A stretch of DNA of 64,000 nt from Rhodospirillales bacterium (GTDB lineage Bacteria > Pseudomonadota > Alphaproteobacteria > Rhodospirillales > Casp-alpha2): NCBI GenBank assembly GCA_965228915.1, contig OZ245847.1:873173-937172 (forward strand). Reading direction: 5' to 3'. Shown in pieces: positions 59,750 through 64,000 of the stretch. How positions within the stretch are numbered: the first letter of the stretch is position 1; the number at the start of each line of letters is the position of its first letter. Below the pieces are notes generated by a model. It saw only the letters and a list, made by a program, of their open reading frames with translations. It was not told where the DNA came from and did not search any database. Made by a program: the position numbers and the translations under genes.

Positions 59750-59975
59750 CCGCCGCCCCCGTCTTCGCGCCCGCCGCGTCGGTGGCGGCGTGCTGCATCA
59801 TCGCCGCCACGTTGGCCGCGCCCGCGTTCATCAGTTCCATCGTCTGCGCCATGGTGCGGGCCAGATTTTCGTCGTTGGTGAACGCCTTGATCTGCGTCTC
59901 CCACAGGTCGACGTACTCCTTCGCCAGCCGTTCGAGATCGGCCTCGCCACCTTCGGATTTCTTGTCGTCGCTCAT
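59523..59975 (-). CDS. Small hypothetical protein with C-terminal coiled coil; overlaps the PhaC-like gene in another frame
   Basis: 150 aa from MSDDKK. Amphipathic N-terminal helix (LERLAKEYVDLWETQ), acidic linker and heptad ELALRVAELERRLARLE. Confidence 0.7.
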   Translation of the reverse strand: MSDDKKSEGGEADLERLAKEYVDLWETQIKAFTNDENLARTMAQTMELMNAGAANVAAMMQHAATDAAGAKTGAADGNERDGTDAGDGEDVRGDDGNADGTPAAGPASGDPEPDVHELALRVAELERRLARLEGLSGPAGKIAPGKPRKG

Positions 59976-60116
59976 GGTCCCGGCGTTCCGATCCTCAATG
60001 TCGGCGGGCAGTATATCGCGGCCCCGTCGGCGGGCAAACAACCCGCACCGGGCGCGGCCTATTTTGCACCCCTAAAAACGTTATGCTGCACCTGCCGAAT
60101 CCGTGACCGATTTTTC

Positions 60117-60130
60117 GTTGCAGTGCAACA
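60117..60130. promoter_or_regulatory. PhaR-type box upstream of phaR
   Basis: GTTGCA-G-TGCAAC(A) palindrome, equal to TGTTGCACTGCAAC on the minus strand, with the same core as the phaA boxes. A related TGCTGCACCTGC lies about 30 bp upstream. Confidence 0.65.
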
Positions 60131-60172
60131 GGTTCGGCGCTACGGTCTGCTCGTACGGGAAGGGAGCCCATC

Positions 60173-60787
60173 ATGGCGAAAAAGCCGCAAGAAACCGATA
60201 CTTCCGCCGGCGAAAAGAAACCGATCACGATCAAGAAATACGCAAACCGGCGCCTCTACAATACCGAGACCTCGAGCTACGTGACGCTCGACAACCTCGC
60301 GCAGATGGTGAAGGACGACAAGGAGTTCTCGGTGTTCGACGCCAAGACCGGCGAGGACATCACGCGTCAGGTGCTGACGCACATCATCGTCGAGGAAGAG
60401 TCCAAGGGGACTAACCTGCTGCCGATCAGCTTTCTGCGCCATCTCATCAGCTTCTACGGCGACAGTCTTCAAGCCGTCGTGCCGAACTATCTGGAACACT
60501 CCATGAGCTCGTTCGCGCGCAATCAGGAACAGATGCGCAGCTACCTCAACGACGCGTTCGGCGGCTTGAGCCCGTTCGGCCCGATGGAAGAGATCTCCAA
60601 GAAGAACATGGCGATGTTCGAAAACGCCATGAAGATGTTCACGCCCTTCTACGGCCAGGAAGGCGCCAACAACGGTACCGGCAAACCGGCCCCGGATGCG
60701 AAAGCCGAAGGCGGCGGCGACATCGACGATCTGCGTCAGCAGATGCTGGAGATGCAGAAGAAGCTCGACCGGCTTTCCGGCAAGTAA
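60173..60787 (+). CDS. phaR: PHA synthesis repressor
   Basis: IKKYANRRLYNT.TSSYVTL, DAKTGEDITR.VL and LPISFLRHLISFYGD motifs. Confidence 0.95.
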   Translation: MAKKPQETDTSAGEKKPITIKKYANRRLYNTETSSYVTLDNLAQMVKDDKEFSVFDAKTGEDITRQVLTHIIVEEESKGTNLLPISFLRHLISFYGDSLQAVVPNYLEHSMSSFARNQEQMRSYLNDAFGGLSPFGPMEEISKKNMAMFENAMKMFTPFYGQEGANNGTGKPAPDAKAEGGGDIDDLRQQMLEMQKKLDRLSGK

Positions 60788-60796
60788 AACCGCGCC

Positions 60797-61660
60797 TTAC
60801 GGCAGTTCCCGCACGAGCCGGAAACTCAGCCAGTAGCTTTTGACCGCGCCCGGGTTCTTCTGGCGGTTGGCGGAGCGCGCCATGCGCGAATAATAATACC
60901 ACGAACCGCCGCGGATGACTCGGAACTGGCAGCCGGGCTCGACCCACGCCTCCAGCCCCTTGGGCGCGCCTTCGTAGTTTTCGTGCCAGCAGTCCTCGAC
61001 CCACTCGAAGGCGTTGCCGTGCATGTCGTAGAGGCCCCACGGGTTCGGTTTGAAGCTGCCGACCGGCGCGTTGCCGATCCCCGACCAGGGCGAGCCGCAT
61101 TTACGGCAGTTGACCTCGTTCTCGCCGACCAAATCGCCGAACCAGTAATTGGATTTCGACCCGGCGCGGGCCGCATATTCCCACTCCGCTTCGCTCGGCA
61201 GGCGGTATTTGTGCCCGGTTTTCCTGGTCAGCCAGTCGGCATATCCGTGCACCATGTCATGGCTGACGTTGATGACGGGTTTCCGGACCGTGCCCCAGTT
61301 GTGATCGTCGGGCTTGTGGGTACAGCCGCCGGCGTCGAGGCACGCCTGCCATTCGGCATGCAGGGTTTCGAAGCGGCCGATGGCAAACGGTTTCCTGACC
61401 CGCATGACGCGCACCGGCTGCTCACTTTTATGCTGCTTGGAGCCCATGACGAAGATCCCCGCCGGCACCACCACCATCTCAGGACACTGTTCGCAGTCGC
61501 GGAACATGTCGCCGGGCTTGAGCTGGGTGCCCGGCGCGATCACCGGCGCTTTCGGGATATCGACGGGTTTGATCTCCTCCGGATAGACGCCCTGCGCCGC
61601 CGCCGGGTGCGGCAGGGCGATCAGGACGGCAACAGCGGCCAGAAGAAACGCGCGGATCAT
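60797..61660 (-). CDS. Formylglycine-generating enzyme (SUMF1/FGE-sulfatase) family protein, exported
   Basis: Signal peptide; CPEMVVVPAG, YRLPSEAEWEYAARAG, PNPWGLYDMHGNAFEWV and RVIRGGSW motifs. Confidence 0.88.
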   Translation of the reverse strand: MIRAFLLAAVAVLIALPHPAAAQGVYPEEIKPVDIPKAPVIAPGTQLKPGDMFRDCEQCPEMVVVPAGIFVMGSKQHKSEQPVRVMRVRKPFAIGRFETLHAEWQACLDAGGCTHKPDDHNWGTVRKPVINVSHDMVHGYADWLTRKTGHKYRLPSEAEWEYAARAGSKSNYWFGDLVGENEVNCRKCGSPWSGIGNAPVGSFKPNPWGLYDMHGNAFEWVEDCWHENYEGAPKGLEAWVEPGCQFRVIRGGSWYYYSRMARSANRQKNPGAVKSYWLSFRLVRELP

Positions 61661-61690
61661 GATTAAAAGTGTCCCGTGGCGTGGGCGCGG

Positions 61691-62755
61691 TCAAGTCCCG
61701 CCGAGCTTGCCGACCGCACGCCGGGCGGCGTTCGCCACCAGCGGGGACGCATCTTCGGCGAGGTCTTCGGCAATGGATTTCAGCGACGGGTCGCCCGAGT
61801 TCCCCACCGCGATCATCACGTTGCGCACGAATCGGTCGCGCCCGGTCCGCTTTATGGGGGAACCCGCAAAGACCTGCCTGAAAGATTGGTCGTCGAGGCG
61901 CGCCAGGTCGGCGAGCTTGGGCTGCGTCAATTCGACCCGCGCCTCCAGCCCAGGCTCCGTCGTCGGTTCCGAGAACTTGGTCCACGGGCAGACCGCCAGA
62001 CAGTCGTCGCAGCCATAGACGTGGTTTCCCATTTTATCCATCAACGCGTCGGCGATGTCGCCCTTGTGCTCGATGGTCAGATAAGAGATGCAGCGCGACG
62101 CGTCGAGCACGTAAGGTTCCGAGAACGCGTCGGTCGGGCACGCGCGCAGGCATTTGTCGCAGGTGCCGCAGTGATCGGGTTCGGGGCTATCCGGCGGCAG
62201 CTCGATATCCAGAAACACTTCGCCCAGAAACAGCCACGAGCCTTTCTGGCGGCTCACCAGATTTGTGTGCTTGCCCTGCCAGCCGACCCCGGCGCGCTCG
62301 GCCAGCGGTTTTTCCATCACGGGCGCAGTATCGACGAAGACCTTGATGTCCGAACCGTAGGTTTCGGCGATCCAGCGGCCGAGCCTCTTGAGGCGCTTTT
62401 TGATGATGTCGTGATAATCCTTGCCGCGCGCATAGACGCTGATCGCCCCCCGGTCAGCCATGTTCACGACCGTCATCGGATCGAGGCCCGGGCCGTAATT
62501 GACGCCCAAGACGATGATCGTCCTGACGCTCGCCATCAGCTCTTTCGGGTTGCCGCGGCGGCCGTCGTTTCTGGCCATCCAGTCCATGTCGCCGTGATAG
62601 CCCTTATCGACGAAATGTTTCAGCGCCTCGATATCGGCGGGACGCGTTTCGGCGTCCGTGAAGCCGACCGCGTCGAAGCCCAGGGTCAGGGCCTCGTCCC
62701 GGATTTCCGCCTTGATCACGCGCGGGTCCGTTTCGGGGGTCGTGGCAATGGTCAT
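61691..62755 (-). CDS. queG: Epoxyqueuosine reductase
   Basis: ISVYARGKDYH, FVDTAPVMEK, GWQGKHT, CGTCDKCLRACP, RCISYLTIE and YGCDDCLAVCPW motifs. Confidence 0.95.
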   Translation of the reverse strand: MTIATTPETDPRVIKAEIRDEALTLGFDAVGFTDAETRPADIEALKHFVDKGYHGDMDWMARNDGRRGNPKELMASVRTIIVLGVNYGPGLDPMTVVNMADRGAISVYARGKDYHDIIKKRLKRLGRWIAETYGSDIKVFVDTAPVMEKPLAERAGVGWQGKHTNLVSRQKGSWLFLGEVFLDIELPPDSPEPDHCGTCDKCLRACPTDAFSEPYVLDASRCISYLTIEHKGDIADALMDKMGNHVYGCDDCLAVCPWTKFSEPTTEPGLEARVELTQPKLADLARLDDQSFRQVFAGSPIKRTGRDRFVRNVMIAVGNSGDPSLKSIAEDLAEDASPLVANAARRAVGKLGGT

Positions 62756-62814
62756 CCCGTCAGCATTATGCTAATGAGCCGCGCAATCAATGATACGTAT
62801 CCGGGGATTGATTA

Positions 62815-63510
62815 ATGAGTACAGCCAAACCGGCGGTGGTGCTGTTGAGCGGCGGGCTCGATTCCGCGACCGTTCTGGCCATCGCGAAGGATCAGGGCTT
62901 CGATCCGGTGACCCTCACCTTCCGCTACGGCCAGCGCCACGCCGCCGAAATCGACGTCGCCGCGCGGCTCGCGAAAAAGAATAACGTCAAACGCCACGTG
63001 GTCGCGGATATCGATCTGCGCGCCTTCGGCGGCTCGGCTTTAACCGCCGATATCGACGTCCCCAAGCACCGCTCGGACGCGGAAATCGGCACAGGGATCC
63101 CGATCACTTACGTCCCCGCCCGCAACACGGTGTTCCTGTCCTATGCACTGGCGCTCGCCGAAACCTCGCAGGCGTTTGACGTGTTCATCGGCGTCAACGC
63201 ACTCGACTATTCCGGCTATCCGGACTGCCGGCCCGAATTCGTGAAAGCGTTCGAGGACGTGATGAACCTCGCCACCAAGGCCGGCGTCGAGGGCGCGCGC
63301 CCGTTCACCCTTCACACGCCCCTGATCGACATGACGAAAGCGGATATCGTCAAAAAAGGCACCGCACTTGGCGTCGATTACGCCGAGACGCTAAGCTGCT
63401 ATGATCCGATGGATGACGGTCGGCACTGCGGCGAATGCGATGCCTGCCATCTGCGCAAAAAGGGGTTCCGCGAGGCCGGCCTCGACGACCCGACGCCTTA
63501 CGCCGCCTGA
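62815..63510 (+). CDS. queC: 7-cyano-7-deazaguanine synthase
   Basis: [30 protein letters not shown] and SCY..CGECDAC motifs. Confidence 0.96.
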   Translation: MSTAKPAVVLLSGGLDSATVLAIAKDQGFDPVTLTFRYGQRHAAEIDVAARLAKKNNVKRHVVADIDLRAFGGSALTADIDVPKHRSDAEIGTGIPITYVPARNTVFLSYALALAETSQAFDVFIGVNALDYSGYPDCRPEFVKAFEDVMNLATKAGVEGARPFTLHTPLIDMTKADIVKKGTALGVDYAETLSCYDPMDDGRHCGECDACHLRKKGFREAGLDDPTPYAA

Positions 63511-63525
63511 GAAGGACATAAATAT

Positions 63526-63906
63526 ATGAGAACGCTCTCGATCCTGGCCGTGCTGCTTTTCGCGACCCACGCGGCCCACGCCCAGTCCGCCGAAGGCAAG
63601 CGCGACGGCATCTACCAGATCGTCAAGGCGACCGACAGCCGGGTCTGGCGGTTGAATACGCAGACCGGCGAGATCGCGGTCTGCTCGCTCGACGGCGAGA
63701 ACCTTGTCTGCACCACCACGTCGGACGCCGCCGACGTCCCCAAAAAGTCCTATGAGCAGATCGCCGCCGAGCGCAAAGCCGAAGAACAAAAACGCCAGGC
63801 CGAATACGAAGCGCAACAGGAGCGTGAGCTCAAGATCATCGATAAGATCCTGGCGCTTTTCCGGGAATTGCTGGCCACCGCCATGGGCAAGTCGGACGGC
63901 GGCTGA
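63526..63906 (+). CDS. Hypothetical exported protein
   Basis: Signal peptide ending AHA; VWRLNTQTGEIAVC beta-motif with a second Cys; charged C-terminal helix. Confidence 0.7.
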   Translation: MRTLSILAVLLFATHAAHAQSAEGKRDGIYQIVKATDSRVWRLNTQTGEIAVCSLDGENLVCTTTSDAADVPKKSYEQIAAERKAEEQKRQAEYEAQQERELKIIDKILALFRELLATAMGKSDGG

Positions 63907-64000
63907 GCCCCAAATCACCTTTGCTTTGATTTCCAGAGCCTTAGACATTATCACTACCCGGCCTTAATTTACTTCGTGTGTCTGGCGGGCATTGGGGTCA

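Noticed and set aside
63969-64000. 3' end of a minus-strand gene at the window edge (..TPMPARHTK*)
   Set aside because: Too short to identify or support.

Overview
A high-GC alphaproteobacterial chromosomal segment, most consistent with Rhodospirillales on gene content and synteny (inference). Left arm (1-22.8 kb): a conserved housekeeping block of EIIA(Man)-HPr-EI, ahcY, a DivL-like PAS pseudo-kinase, tsaE-amgK-murU-addB-addA-trxA and gloB. It is interrupted by insertions: a TPR protein, a degenerate zeta-toxin-like P-loop protein, and an FNR/cytochrome c4/PLP-enzyme trio. Middle (22.8-47 kb): Na/Pi and FNT transporters, ilvE divergent from a MarR-OmpR-EnvZ-type module, then a ~17 kb IclR-associated island. 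The island has a Dpp/Opp ABC importer and six hydrolases (2x M20, 2x M81/MlrC-like, amidase, SGNH) plus EamA transporters; its substrate is unknown. Right arm (47-64 kb): all queuosine genes from queD onward (queA, tgt, queF, queD, queE, queG, queC) split around a PHA locus (phaB, phaA, PhaC-like synthase, a small ORF overlapping it by at least 173 nt, phaR) with visible PhaR-type boxes. Several REP/REPIN-like palindromic elements occur, densest between queF and queD. No rRNA, tRNA, CRISPR array, transposase or integrase was recognised. Best novelty candidates are the six-hydrolase uptake/catabolic island, the dual-frame PhaC-like/PhaE-like overlap, the DivL-like kinase with Met at the phospho-acceptor site, and the structurally conserved REPIN pair flanking queF. 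All calls are by eye from motifs; no database searches were run.
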